DNA of 64,000 nucleotides from Antechinus flavipes (Eukaryota). Below are positions 14,301-28,200 of the stretch, in pieces. The notes below the pieces were generated by a model. It had not been told where the DNA came from. It saw only the letters and a list, made by a program, of their open reading frames with translations, and did not search any database. Location of the stretch: contig NC_067399.1 in the NCBI RefSeq assembly GCF_016432865.1, forward strand, positions 150,784,001-150,848,000, read 5' to 3'. The translations under genes were made by a program, and so were the position numbers. Position 1 is the stretch's first letter. Every line of letters begins with the position of its first letter.

Positions 14301-17300
14301 TGCTTAAACTGAGGAAGGTTTAAAATATAAGATCAAATTCTGTTTTTATCACTTAATTATCTGTGTGACCTTGACCAAATTGTTAACTTCTCATTCTTAA
14401 ACTCCTTATATATCAAACAACAAAATAATAACTTTCCTACCCATCTGGTCATTCTGAGAATTAAACAAGAAAAACAAATATAAACAATTCAAAACAGTGC
14501 CCAGATGGATATATGTGGTATTATAATTTCAGAAAAATCAATACTTAGGAGTAAGAAGTCTTCTTCAATAAGTAAAATGTAATATTGTAGTAAAATACTG
14601 TGTGTACAAAGTTGTACAAAATATCATAGGAAGACTTTAACTTTATTTCTTCCTTAATACAATTTTTACATGAATTTCCTTGCAAATTTTATCATACGGG
14701 AGCAAAATGTTATCAAGGAGATAAGTGTAAATTTTCCCATGCTCCTCTCACTAAAGAAACAAAAGAACTTCTGGACAAAGTAAGTAGTATGAACACATTG
14801 TAATTCTTGGAATATACCCAAAAATTGATTTGACTGAAATTCTTAATTTTTAAGCAGTATATTTTTTATAAAGAAAGTGATTTATTAGTTAAACAGCATT
14901 GTTAAGAATATACTGCATTCTGTAAAGAGAAATTAACAAATGTTGACAGCACAAAAGTATAGTTTTAATCATAGAGAAAAGTATATTGGCTAAAATTGTA
15001 ATTTCTTTGTTTTATTTAGATAGGTGAATGAATTCGTCTATTTTTTTTTTTTTTTTGCTTAGCTAGTTCACATTATTTACTAATTTGATCCATATTTCTG
15101 TAGAGTATTTTTATTTATTATTTACATAATCTTCTTTTATTTACTCTCTATTATATACCTAGAAGTATCCATTCTCTTCACCTGCTTAAGACATTCCCAC
15201 CAATCCCATGCTCCATATCCCCAGTAACTGTCTCCTATTTGCTGAGCTTCCTTTCACCTTTTTATAACTTCATCTGTCCTTTTCTCCTTTCCTTCAGTTT
15301 CAGAAAAAGCAGTCCTCTTCCTTGCCAAGATCATCTATAGCTTGTGCCCTTAATCCTCCCAGTTCTCATCTTTAGGAGCTTGGCCAAAAGTGATTCCCTC
15401 CTTTTTCATCGTCAGTCTCTTTTTATCCACTAGCTCTTTCCATAAAATATGGCCCAGTATCTCTCACCTTAAAAAAACAAAACAAAACACAGCTTCCATT
15501 TTCCCTACCAAAACTATCATCTTTACTCTATCAAGACTATCATCTTAAATTTCTTTTCCCTTTCACTGCTATATTCTTTTTTTTTTTTTTTATCTCTCAA
15601 TAGATCTCTTAGTTGTTAAATCCAGTGCCTTCAGCACTATTGTTCACTCTTTCTCCTTAATGTTCTTTTCACTTCAAGTTTTCAGGATACCATTTTCCCC
15701 TGTTTTTTTTTTCCTACCTATCTGATCCCTTCCTTTCAGTCTCCTTTGCTGAATCCTCATATAATTCATACCATCTAACCATAGATGTGCCACAGGACTT
15801 AGTCCTGGGCCCTTTTTTTTTCTCCTTTTATACAACTTCATTTGATAATCTCATTTCATGTCTTTAATTGCTGATAATTCTCAGATCTACCTATCCTGTC
15901 CCAATTTCTAATTTCATATCTCTGTTTCTCAAACATCTCAAATTGGATGTTCAGTAGACATCTTAAGCTGAATATGTCCAGAACCAAATACATTATCCTC
16001 TTCCCTAAACCTTCCCTTCTTCCTACCTTTTCTATTATTGTAGATCCTTAAGCTTATTACCTGTGTATCATTCTGGATTCCTCACTATCTCTTATCCCCT
16101 CATAGTCAAACTGTTTCCAAAGCCTGTTGATTTCATCTTTTTAATGTCTCTCAAATATGCTGCCTTTCATTTTCTGACTTTACTACCACTCTACTATAGA
16201 CCCCCATCACCTCATGTAGAGACTATTTAATATCTGCTAATGGTCTCCCTGTTTCAAATCTTTTACCACTTTAACCTACCCTCCTATTCAGCGACCAAAG
16301 TGATTTTCCTAAAAACACAACTCTGACCACGTCACCTTCCTCCTCAGTTATCTCCAGTAACTCCCTACTGCCTCCAGGATCAAATACAGAGTCCTCTGCG
16401 TGGCCTTCAGAGCTCTTTGTAACCTTGTTCCATCCTACCTTTTTAGTCTTCGTACACCTTATTCATTGCCATGTTCTCTTTGATCTCTGCACCAGTAACT
16501 CTGGTCTCTTGCATATTCTACCAACAAGACATCCTCTTCACTCTGGGCAATTTCTTTGGTTGTCTCCCATCCCAAAAATACCCTCCCTCCCTCATTTCTG
16601 CCTACTGTCTTCCCTGACTTCTTTTAAATTCCAGCTAAAATAATATCTACAGGAAGACTTTTCCAGCTTCCCTTTGTTAATAATTTCCTATTTATCCTTT
16701 AGATATCTTGCTTTGTATATATTTGTTTGCATATTGTCTCTTCCATTGGATTGTGAGCTCTCCCATTGAATTGAGGGCAGAAATTATCTTTTGCCTCTTT
16801 CTGTATCCCCAGTGTTTAGCATAGTACCTGCCACATAGTAGGGGCTTAATAAATAATAAATGTTTATTTATTGGTGGTTTTCATGGGAAAAGATTTTATG
16901 TATTGCCTCCACATCCTGCTTCTGATTCTATTGCTTTTTGGAAATTCCTCCTGCAGAAGCTACTAATGGCCACTTAACTACTTTTCTGTTTTCATCCTCC
17001 TGACCTCTACCAGTTTCTGACAGTTAATCATAATTTTTTTTTCAGAATCCTCTTTCCTCCATTGGCTTCCATATCACTGATCTCTACCTACCTTTCTGAT
17101 CATTCATTCTTTTTTGTTCTCCTTTTTCTAAATCATTATCTATCTCTGAGTGTGTAACACCCCCCCCAAATTGTTCTTTCCCTCCATATGATCTTTTGCT
17201 TAATGATCTCACCCACTCCCATAGGTTATCATCTCTACACAAATGATTTCCAAATATCTCTGTCCAACTATGATCTCTTCCCAACCTTAATCATAGGAAA

Positions 17301-20300
17301 TTTTCTCTTATATTTCCCTATGACATTTCAAAAACAAAACTTTCTTCCTTCCCACATGCCCACTTCACTTCCAAATTATTTCTTTTGAAGGTTGATATCC
17401 TCCTGATTATCTACTTTTCTTCTGACAGACTAATCCTAAAGTCTCCTAATTGGTCTTCCTGATCTGAGTCTCTAATTCATTATCCACAAAGTTGCCAGAA
17501 TAATTTTTTCTAATATAAAGGTTTGACTATGTCATCAACCTCTATTCAAAAAATCTCCATGACTTCTAATGGCCTTTAAGATAAAATAATAGATTCCTCA
17601 TCCTGGATTTTAAGTATCTCTATAATCTGGCTTTTAAACCTTTTTTTCCATTCTTATTTTATATCACTTTCTTTCACATATATTCTAACTAAACTACCAT
17701 TTCCCTGAACTTGACATTCTCGCTTTTCCCTTTATACTTTTGCTTAGGATTATTCTCATCCCTGAAATATACTTCCTCTTTTCTCTATCTTTTAGGATCA
17801 TTAAATATCTTTAATGATTAAGTTGATTAAACACATTTAGGTGTCACTTTTCATAGAAGTATTTCATGATCCCCTAGTTGTGTTCTTTTATTCATTAAAT
17901 AACTTTGTATTTATTTATTTATGTGTATATCAAATTCCTCCAGTAGAATATAAGTTCCATAAGGTAAAAGATTCTCTTTTTCATCATTTTATTCCCAGAA
18001 TGCCTTGCACAGAATAGGTATGCAATGAATATTTGTTCAGTTAAATTCAATTGAATTTGGTCCAAATTGGAAGTTTTATTATGCTTTCAGATAGATAGTT
18101 TCACAAAAACTCTAAATTGTTTAAGAGAATTCTTGTAAATTAAATTGTTTATTTTTCTCAGGAAAATTCTTTAAGAGAGAAAGAAACTATTGAAAATTTT
18201 CAGTTCCTCATTTAAATGTCATGATGTCAAACACTGCATATCTTAAGATATGATGTACATTATAATCCTCAACCCTCTGGTGCATACAGAATTAAATATT
18301 TATTCTGGAAACATGATTTAAAGAATCACCATCATTATTACTGGTTTTGTGTCAATGAGCCTTAACTTGGTTATCTGCAAAATTAAAATAATAGGATATC
18401 CATTACTGTTTCATTGATTGAGGGGAAATATTTATATGTGTACATTTTTGCCATTATCATTACTCAAAGTTCCACTGGATTGTGTATCTATTAGCTATTT
18501 AATGAAAAAGACCCAGCATTTTTAAATAATTAGAGAGCTAGAGGTCTAAATAAAGTCATGTTTCTGAGACTTAAAAACAAACTGAATTAGACAGGAATTA
18601 ATAATATTTGCATATCATTTCTGTCAATATATTCTAAGTACCTATAGTAAACAAGATATTGTTCTAAATAATAGGAATACATTGATAAATATAGCATAAG
18701 CCCTGCTCTCAAATTGCTTATAATACAATTGTATAAAAAGAAAGTACACAAATAAATGTAATACCATGGTAAGCAACATAAATTCAAAGCCCATATTAAA
18801 TACTACAAGAAATTTGAGGAAGAAACAGAGATAGGGAAGTCAGCAAAGGCTTCAAAGAAGCATCTAACTTGAGTCTTGAAGGAAGGAAAGGACTTTAACA
18901 TATACTACAAAAGAGTGGAAATGAAAGTGAGACGAATAAGAGTAGGGGAGGGCAGAATAACCCCTTTTGGTTGGCATGTAAATGATATGAAGGATGACAG
19001 TATGAGATAAGACTGGGTAATTTTGAACTAGATTGTGGAGGACATTAGATTCTAGTATAGGGAGTTTATACTTTATTAAGACAGTAGGAAGCACTGAAAG
19101 TTTTTATTTAGAGATGCATTAAAATAAAAAAACTAAAAGTATTGGTTAGATAGCAGTGTAGAGGATGGATTGTAGAAAGGATTAAATGAAGGCAGGAAAA
19201 CTAGTTAAGAGACTATCTCAATCACATAAAAAGAAGGAAGCACTCAAACAAGGGTGATTATAAGGAGAGTGGAAATGAAGGACCAGATGGAAGACAAATT
19301 GAAAAAGTAGAATTGTTAAGATTTGGCAACTGTTTGGTTATGTAGGATGAGGAAGAAGACAATTCTAAGATAATGAGATTGGGAAGGTGAAAGCATTATT
19401 GCCACAAGTAGAAAAAGCAGAGGGAGCCAATAGAAAGACTGTTGTCATGAGGGCATAGTCCACAGAATTGTATGATGCCAAATTCAAAAACAGATAAAAA
19501 AGATGATAGGGAATTTAGTTACCTTGATAGAGTACAGTAAAATAGTAGAGATTGAAAGGGTTTGAGTCAGTGATGGAGACAGCAAGTAAAATCTTCTTTA
19601 CAAGAATTTGATAGAAAAGAAAGAGAAGATAGCTTGAGGGGAAGCAGTGGAAAATTAAGGAATTTTTTTAGGGATAATGGAGCTATCTGAACATATTTGT
19701 AGATATGGGAAAGAACTTAGGAGAGAAGAAGTGGAACTAATGTAAAATGATAATATATTTAGTATGAGTAACATACCAGTAGGAATTTGTTCAGAGGTCA
19801 AATACCCTCATTAGGAATTTGTTTTCATGGTAGATTCATTTACTCAGAAATGATAATGTAATTTTCTTTTAGGTCCTTAATACTGAAGAGGAACCACAAA
19901 ATGAAGATGAAAGAGAATTAGAAGAACTCAGAAGGCGTGGCATTGCTCCTCTTCCTAAACCACCTCCAGGAGTTGGCCTTTTGCCAACCCCCCCAGAGCA
20001 TTTTTCATTTTCAGAATCAGAAGATAATTTTCAAGCAGATCTTTCTGATGAATTTAAGAAAATTCCATCTCTCTTTGAAATAGTTGTAAAACCTACTGTG
20101 GATTTAGCACACAAGATTGGGAAGAAGTAAGTCAGAATTCCAATCATGCAAAATTCTTTAGTTTCAAACAAGGATCTGATTCTTATATAAAACAAAACCT
20201 CTTTCTCTCCTCTCCATATGATCCCTATACTTAATAGTTAACTAATTGAACAAATGTTATATAGTTAATTGCTACTTTTGTAGCATTCATTTTAATGAAT

Positions 20301-23300
20301 GATTTTTTTCTTTTTGTTTTCAGCCTTGATTTTGTTTTGTCTAGTCTTCCCTATACTATTTCTCCTGTGATTTGTATGTAGAAGTGTTAACTTGGAAGAT
20401 ACCAGACGTTTTAAAAGAGATGAAACCTCTTTTTCATGAAATTACAAAAGTGCCTTTCCAAGATTAGACAACATGAAGGGTTGCTTTTCTTTTACCTTTT
20501 CTTCAACCTTCCCCATTTCAAGACAGCATCTAAGAGTCTAGCAACTTGCCAAAATCTAATTTTTTTCTGGCACCATTATTTATACTTCTCCAGTGTGGTA
20601 CCAGAAAAGAGTTTGAGGTCGCCCTTAAAAGTTGTAATACTCAAGAAGTATACCAGGACTTCTCTCTGAGAGTTACATTTGTTAATCACTGCTTCAGAGG
20701 CCTAAACTTGGAGTTAAAGAATTGAGAGTCATATTTCAACTCTTAAGCAAGCCACCTAATCTCTTTTGAGTTTCAGTTTCTTCATTTCTGAAATGACTAT
20801 GATATTTTGATTATCTGGCTATTGATGTTATATAGCATTTAGAACTGAACGAGACCTTAGAGATCATCTGAGTCCAACATCCTGATTTTACATTTAACAT
20901 CTCTGGAATCTAGAAATATTATGATTTTTACACACAGGAAATAAGTAGCAGGATTAGAATTTGAACCAAAGTCCTCTGATTGTTACAGAATTGTAAGGAA
21001 AGTACTTTGTAAAATATTTCAAATTGTGGATAATTTTTATTATTTTCATCTAACCAGCAATCTTTTTCTTCCATGATATTCTCAAAATATTTCTAAGCTT
21101 CAGTAGCCTCAAAATAGCCATTGAGGCTAGTGCCTAAATTTCTTTGTGTAATGAGAAGTTTTTATTTAACTATTATCAGGATTGGGAAAAGGGTCAACCT
21201 TGGATTTACCAAATTTTCTGGATTAGTCTCTGTGATATTTTTTAAAGATCATAGATAACTTCCTTCCCTTTGGGAACTGTTTCATAAGTTTAACATTTTC
21301 GAAAGGTAATAAAGGAATCAGCTGTTAGCTACCTTTGATCTTATATGCCCTAATAATTGGCTCTATGGCATTCAGGAATTACTAAATGCTCCCGTTTTCC
21401 TCTTCTCCAGACTGCTTCTGAAGAAATAGAGGGAAGATTAAGCAGCAGTGGATCCCAAAGTACCATGTACATTGTTGTTCTTTTGGACCAAAACGTGTGA
21501 CTACTTAAACCAATAGATAGCAATTATTATAACTGAACATATCAAACATGCTTATAACTACTAAGCTTACCCCATATTCTCTAATTTTAATATGAATTTA
21601 CTGTTAATTCATCTCAATGAATTCAAGAAATATCAGAATGATAGCTTGGGTATTTGGTAATGTGAACAACTAGTGAAATTCCTCATCTCTTTGTTTATTC
21701 TATAACCCAAATGAGAGACTGTAAAGAATAATTAATTAATAACTATAGCACTTTTCATTATCAGGAGACAACCCCTGAAAGGTTTAAAAAATATAATGTG
21801 GATAAAATGATATTTTACTTAAAAACTAAATAAGTGTATTGGGAACAGGACTGATTCTAATGTGCATTTTTCCTTTCAGTTTATATGATTCCTACAAACT
21901 AAAACAGAAAACTTCCAAAAGTTATTGGATGATGTCCACTTATCATTACAGTGGTAATAACAAGCACTCACAAGTGCCTTTAAGTGTTACAGGATAACAT
22001 GTTGCAGAATAATATGTATACTTCATTTACTCCTCCTAAAATGTCAGGATTGCTTGTGTCCACCTTACTGATAAAAACAACTGAGGGTGAAGAAGTTAAA
22101 CTATTTGCCAAACATCACATCCAAAGTATATAAACAAAGATTTAATTAAGTTGTAACTCCTAATCCAGTGCTTTTTCTGTTATACCAAAAATGCCTTCCC
22201 CAAAGGATCATGAATTATTTAAACTTTGTATCTCTTCTGCATAGTGATGTTGATATTAAATTGAATTGAAGAGACTCTACCAATTTTGCACATATAAAAG
22301 ATATCTAGTATTTCTTCCATTTTTGAAACATTATTGCTGAAGGTTGGATAGAATGCTTAATTGAGTAATGTTTGACTAAAAGAAATGACCAATGTTTTGA
22401 TTTCCTGAAATATCTTAAAAGAAAATAAAAAACCAACTTGAAATGTCCCCAATTTTGGCTTAAAATATTAATGAAAAAAATGAGAGTAAGAGAATAATTT
22501 TAGCCCTTTTGTACTAATTGTGATTACATTTTTAGAATAATTCTCTATTAAGTTTGACTATGTGATGGTATATTTCTATCAGAAATTAGTGGAGAGGTCC
22601 TCTGTATCACCACCACTAAATTATTTTTTTTGTAGGAAGAGATACAGTAAGAATGAGGAGAACTTAAACAAATGTTATAATATATTTTAGTGGATATAAT
22701 GCAAGATTTGGAATTATGAAAACTGGGGCTTAAATTTCAACTTTGAAAATCATATGACCATAGGCAGATCACTTAACCTTTCAAAGTCCATTTTATCCTC
22801 TGTAAAAATGAGAATAATACATTGTAAATACCTATTTGATGGAGTTATTGTGAGGCTCAAATGGAAAAATAAATGTGGGATGATTTATAAACTTCCCAGT
22901 GTTATTATAAGTATAGTTATAATAAACATTGTTATATCTCTCTTCAGGATATCACCTATGGGTAAATAAGGAAGATCTTTTTTTTTTAATTTCACAGACA
23001 TCTGAGACAAATTTGATACTAAATTAGTAACAGAGAATTTGTTTTAGACTGCATTGTTCACTGGAGAAAATATTAAGAAAAAAATGCTATAATTTTCATA
23101 TTATTATATGCAATGTAATAATATACACTGATGGTATATTACAGTACAAACCAGGAAAAATAACTTTTGAAACATTTAAAATTAATCAAATTGTGGAATA
23201 ACATTGGTAAGCAAGACAGAGCCAGACCAAAAATAAGGAAGCAACATATTATCACTAGGAACTGAGGAAGAAGTGTCAATGAGAAACACAATACAAAAAA

Positions 23301-25206
23301 AAAAAAAATCATGTAAAGATTAAGCAAAATTAATACTTTAAAAAACTTTATAGGCAATATTTACAATTTCTGTCTTTGGTAGAAAGCAATTACAAATAGT
23401 CATTTAGGTACTTACACTTTTTCTCAAAATTTGTTAAGAAAAACATTAAACTATTTTCTTTTTACAGGCCACCAGCATTTTATAACAGTGCCTCACCACC
23501 AGGACCACAGTTTCAGGGAAACAACTCACATCCTCAGAATATGTACAATTCAGGGTCAAGTCCAAGTCCTGGTCCTAATATGTCTCAGGGACACAATGGT
23601 CCTGCAATGCATCCAGGTTCTCCTGGACACCACCAATGTACAGGTCCTCCTGGCCCACCAATGCCACATAGCCCACCATTGCAACCTGGTCCACCTGGAT
23701 TTTTAGGGTCTCATAATCAAGCTGGAGGACCCATTCAACCAGGCCCACCTTTGACACCACCTGGGATGAGTGGTTCCTATAACTCTATAGGAGTCCAGGG
23801 ACATATGATGAACATCGCTATGGAAAATCACTGTTCCTCAGGTCCATCTTACCAGCAGGGTTCCAGTGAAATGCAACTCAATGCCAACTATGAATCGTTA
23901 CAAAACCCAGCTGAATTCTATGATAATTACTATTCACATCAAGCGGTACATAATTTTCAGACAGCCAATAACTCTGGTGGTAAGTTTATTTTTGAAATTC
24001 TATGTTTAGTTCCTATGTTTAGATAAATATGTAACAAATAATCATATAACAACATATAATAAATATATAATATAAAATATCATATATAATGTGATAATAT
24101 ATCATGAATATATTTGATATAATAACATATAAATATTTTTACAAATGTGATACTGAATAATAAATAAGTTGTATCCTTAGGAACAATTTTAGATAGAAAT
24201 ACATAGCAAAATTTGATTTTTGTAAAGTCAATTATATGGGTTAGTGGCATGTATCTGAGAACTATTGCATAGATTTAGGGGAGAACAATCAAGCTTTTTA
24301 TTGCTTACTTTCAGCAGTGACTTAGTTATGTAAATGGGAGGTCTTATCAATGAAGTAGTCAGCAGAACAGTAGAACAGGACAAATATGGTACATTCTACT
24401 TTTTCTACATATTTTGTACAGTTGCACCAGAAAAATGAAAATTATTTTAAAATATATTTGTGCAGCTTGTAAACATTTGAGAATTATGAATGGTAATAAA
24501 TTGTCATCTTCTTGGTGTGTGCAGAAAAATTAAAAACTTAAGTATTTCTGAATGACTAGCTAATATTTCTTGGGAAAAAATTACGTTGAAAATTATTTTT
24601 AACAGTAAAGGCCTGTCAGTAAATGAAGACATCACATCAAAACACAATTTAATGTTTTTATTTAAAAATTTTGCCAAAATTAATGTTTTATTATTTGGAT
24701 GAATTTTTTAATTGAATGATGAATAATGAAATTTGAATAATTTCATTGAATGAAAATTGAATAATTCATGAATGGGAAATAAACTTTTTCTGCCACTTGG
24801 ATTAATTATTCATATGACAAAATTTATTTCAATATCTCAACAGAATTGGTTTCTATCAATTATGAATTATTTCAAAATCAGTTATATAGGTGGTATCTCA
24901 CCACATGTAATTATTATATTATAATTAGAACAAAATGAAAATCAATTCCAGATTTGAAGAGAGGGTAAAAAAAAATGAAGACTGTAAATAAATAACATAA
25001 CAACCTGACTTCCTGACACAAGGCATTGATACTGAAAAATGGGAAATGGAAAAAGGCAAGGATAATTAGTCAGCTAGCATTTATTAAGTATCTTTTATGT
25101 GCCAGGACACTGTGCAAAGTGTCAGAATACAAAGAAAGCTAAAAACAAACGATACTCCCAGCTCTTAAGGAAATTCAGTTTAACGAGGGAGATATAATGC
25201 AACATG

Positions 25207-25256
<50 letters not shown>

Positions 25257-28200
25257 GAGATAAATATGTAACAAATAATCATATAACAACATATAATAAA
25301 TATATAATATAAAATATCATATATAATGTGATAATATATCATGAATATATTCGATATAATAACATATAAATATTTTATGTTGTATCCAAGGCCTTGGATA
25401 TGGTCTGGTCAAAAAGAGTACAATGGGATTTTTTTCTTGGTTGGGTATTTAGAGGGTTTTAGAACTGTGATATTATCAGTATGGGAAAGTCCTCTCCACA
25501 GATGGAAGTAAATGATCGATTTGGCACTTACAATAGGGCAATAAGACATTAAGTAACTTGCCCATGGTTACTCCAGTACTGTATGCTAGATGCAAAACTT
25601 CAATCCCATTTTTCTTGATACTGTAACTTTTTGTTTAGATTGTAAGTACCTTGAATACAAAGAATATCTTTTACCTCTTTTTGTATCTCCAAAGCTTAGC
25701 ATAATGCCTAAAATGTATGCTCTTAGTAATTGTTTGTTGATAGATATGTATCACAGAAGAATTTTTATTCCCTTATACATGGAAACTATGATTCTCATAG
25801 TATGATTTTAAATTGCATTAACTGTCTTGGTTTCTGACTATATTGAGTTAATTAAAAATGCTTCTCTCTTTTTTAAAAATCTCTTTAGCCATGCCTGTTC
25901 CATTTTGTATTAGCAAAATCTAAATCTAAGACATTATATTTATTCAAATTAAATTTCATACTTTTTCTATTTAAACTATTATTTTAGTCTGTAGAGATAA
26001 TTTTTTTTAAATTCTGAACTTATAATCCATTGTTTGCTATCCCTCCCAACGTTGTGTAATCTGCAAATTTAATAAGTACATTGTTTATGCTGCTATCCAA
26101 GTCAATGGTTTAAAAAAAAAAAAAAAGACCATTTGAATTTGATTACCTTTAGAGACAGAGATAAAGACAGATAGACACACACACACACACACACACACAC
26201 AGAGAGAGACAGAGACAGACAAGAGAGTTTGACTTAGTAAAACAACATTCTGTCTGAAAATCTCTTCCAACAAGGTATCTATAATGCTTGTATTAACTAA
26301 AATCTTATAAGTTTCCTTGCTGAATATAACCACAGAAACAACTCTTCTATAATCCACTTGTTAATAACATCAAGCAAGGTAGAAAGATATAATGTCATGA
26401 AGATATGATGTTACCAAAGGTCTAAGCACTATCACAAAAAAAATTTTCTCTAAATACTTCTGTTTGTAGATATCTTTGTGTTAATTGCATTGAGTCCAAG
26501 AATAACACAGACCTTCCAGTGATAGTCGTGATTTTATTAAACAAATAGCTAAAATACCATTATTCTAAAAAGGTTGACTTCACTGTTTATAGAGGAAAAA
26601 CTGTATGTTATACAGACCATGGGCCTATTGTCCCATGACCAACACACATCCAGGACAAGCACTGCAGATAAACAGTGATAAACAGATAAACAATCCACAA
26701 ATTAATTGAAGAAAGAAAATAGGCTGGATTTTTAATTTTTTTTAGGAATTTTTTTTTATTGTTTTTTATTATTTTATTTTTATTTAGGAATTTATGCAAT
26801 AATTTTAATAACCCAAGCTTTTTCCTGACCAAAAAAAAAAAAATCTCTTTTTTAACACTGTTTTTCTTTTTTAGTGATGTTGTATGTTTGTGAATCCTAG
26901 GACATCACAATATCCTAAATATGAAAATTATGAGTAATGCAAAAAGGCAATGTAGAGATGCATGATTTGTTTAAATAGTCTACAGTATAATTCCATTAAT
27001 GACCTGTTCACAACACTTGGGAAATTATAATTGTAAAATAATTATGTATTTATAAATATGAGACCTTAGACATCAGAGAGAGTAAGCAACTCATACAAGA
27101 TCACAATCAAATAATAAACACTTATTAAGCACCAGGCTCTGTGCTAAGGTTTGGGTATACAAAAAGAAGCAAAAGACAGTCTCTGCCCTCAAGAAGCTTA
27201 CAGCCTAATGAGGAAGACAACATTCAGATAAATATAAACAAAGCAAGTTATATACAGAATAAATGGGAATTAATTAACAGAGGGAAGGCACCAGAATTAA
27301 GAGAGATTAAATAAGGTTCTAGTAAAAATTAAGATTTTAATTGTGACTTAAAGGAAGTCAAGAAAGTCAGTGAGTAGAAATGAGAAGGAAGAGCATTATA
27401 GACATGAGGAACAGCAAGGAAAAAAAATTCCCCAGAGATGGAGCATTTTGTTGGTAGAACAGTCAAGAGTCCAGTGTCACTAGAGAGTAGGCATAAGGTA
27501 TGAGAAAGCTATAAAGGTAAAAGGGGCTTTGTTATAAAGGGGTTTGAATGTCACACAGAGAACTTTGTATTTGATTCTGGAGACAATAAGGACCCACTAG
27601 AATTTTTTGAGTTGTGGGTTGACATGTTCAGACTTGGATCTTAGGAAATTTACTTTGACAGTTAAATGAGAGGTAGATAGACTGAGGCAGGCATACCCTT
27701 CAGCAAAGTATTCCAATAATCAAGGTGTGTGGTGATAAGAGCCTTTACTAGAATGAGGTTTGTGTCAAAGTAGAGAAATGGACATATTCAAGAGCTGTTG
27801 CAAGTGTGAAATCAAAGGGCCTTGGCATTACATTGACATGAGTATGTGAGACCGAGTAGGAGACCAGAATGATTCTTGAGTTGTAAAGCTACAGGACTAG
27901 GACAAAGCTAGTGAGTGTCTGAGTCAGGATTTGAACATGGGATTTTCTTGATACTAAGTCCAATACTCTATTCACTCATAGGGATACTCATATAGTAAGG
28001 AATAACAGATTAAGTTCAATTTGGAACCAACAAAATGTACAATAACCTATAACAATGCCCACAACATATTGGATAGAATCTTTATGGAGAACACTAATAA
28101 GAATTGCCCAGAATGAGAAGTCTTACATGAGTTTTGATCAGAATTGACAGTAGAACAAGTAACCAAGTTGATAAGAACACTCATCTACATAGATTGGCGA

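Noticed and set aside
23541-24026. Stand-alone Pro-rich 161-aa ORF (likewise 4079-4351, 29979-30254, 31964-33469)
   Set aside because: These are ZC3H6 exons running into introns; their starts and ends are not real gene boundaries.
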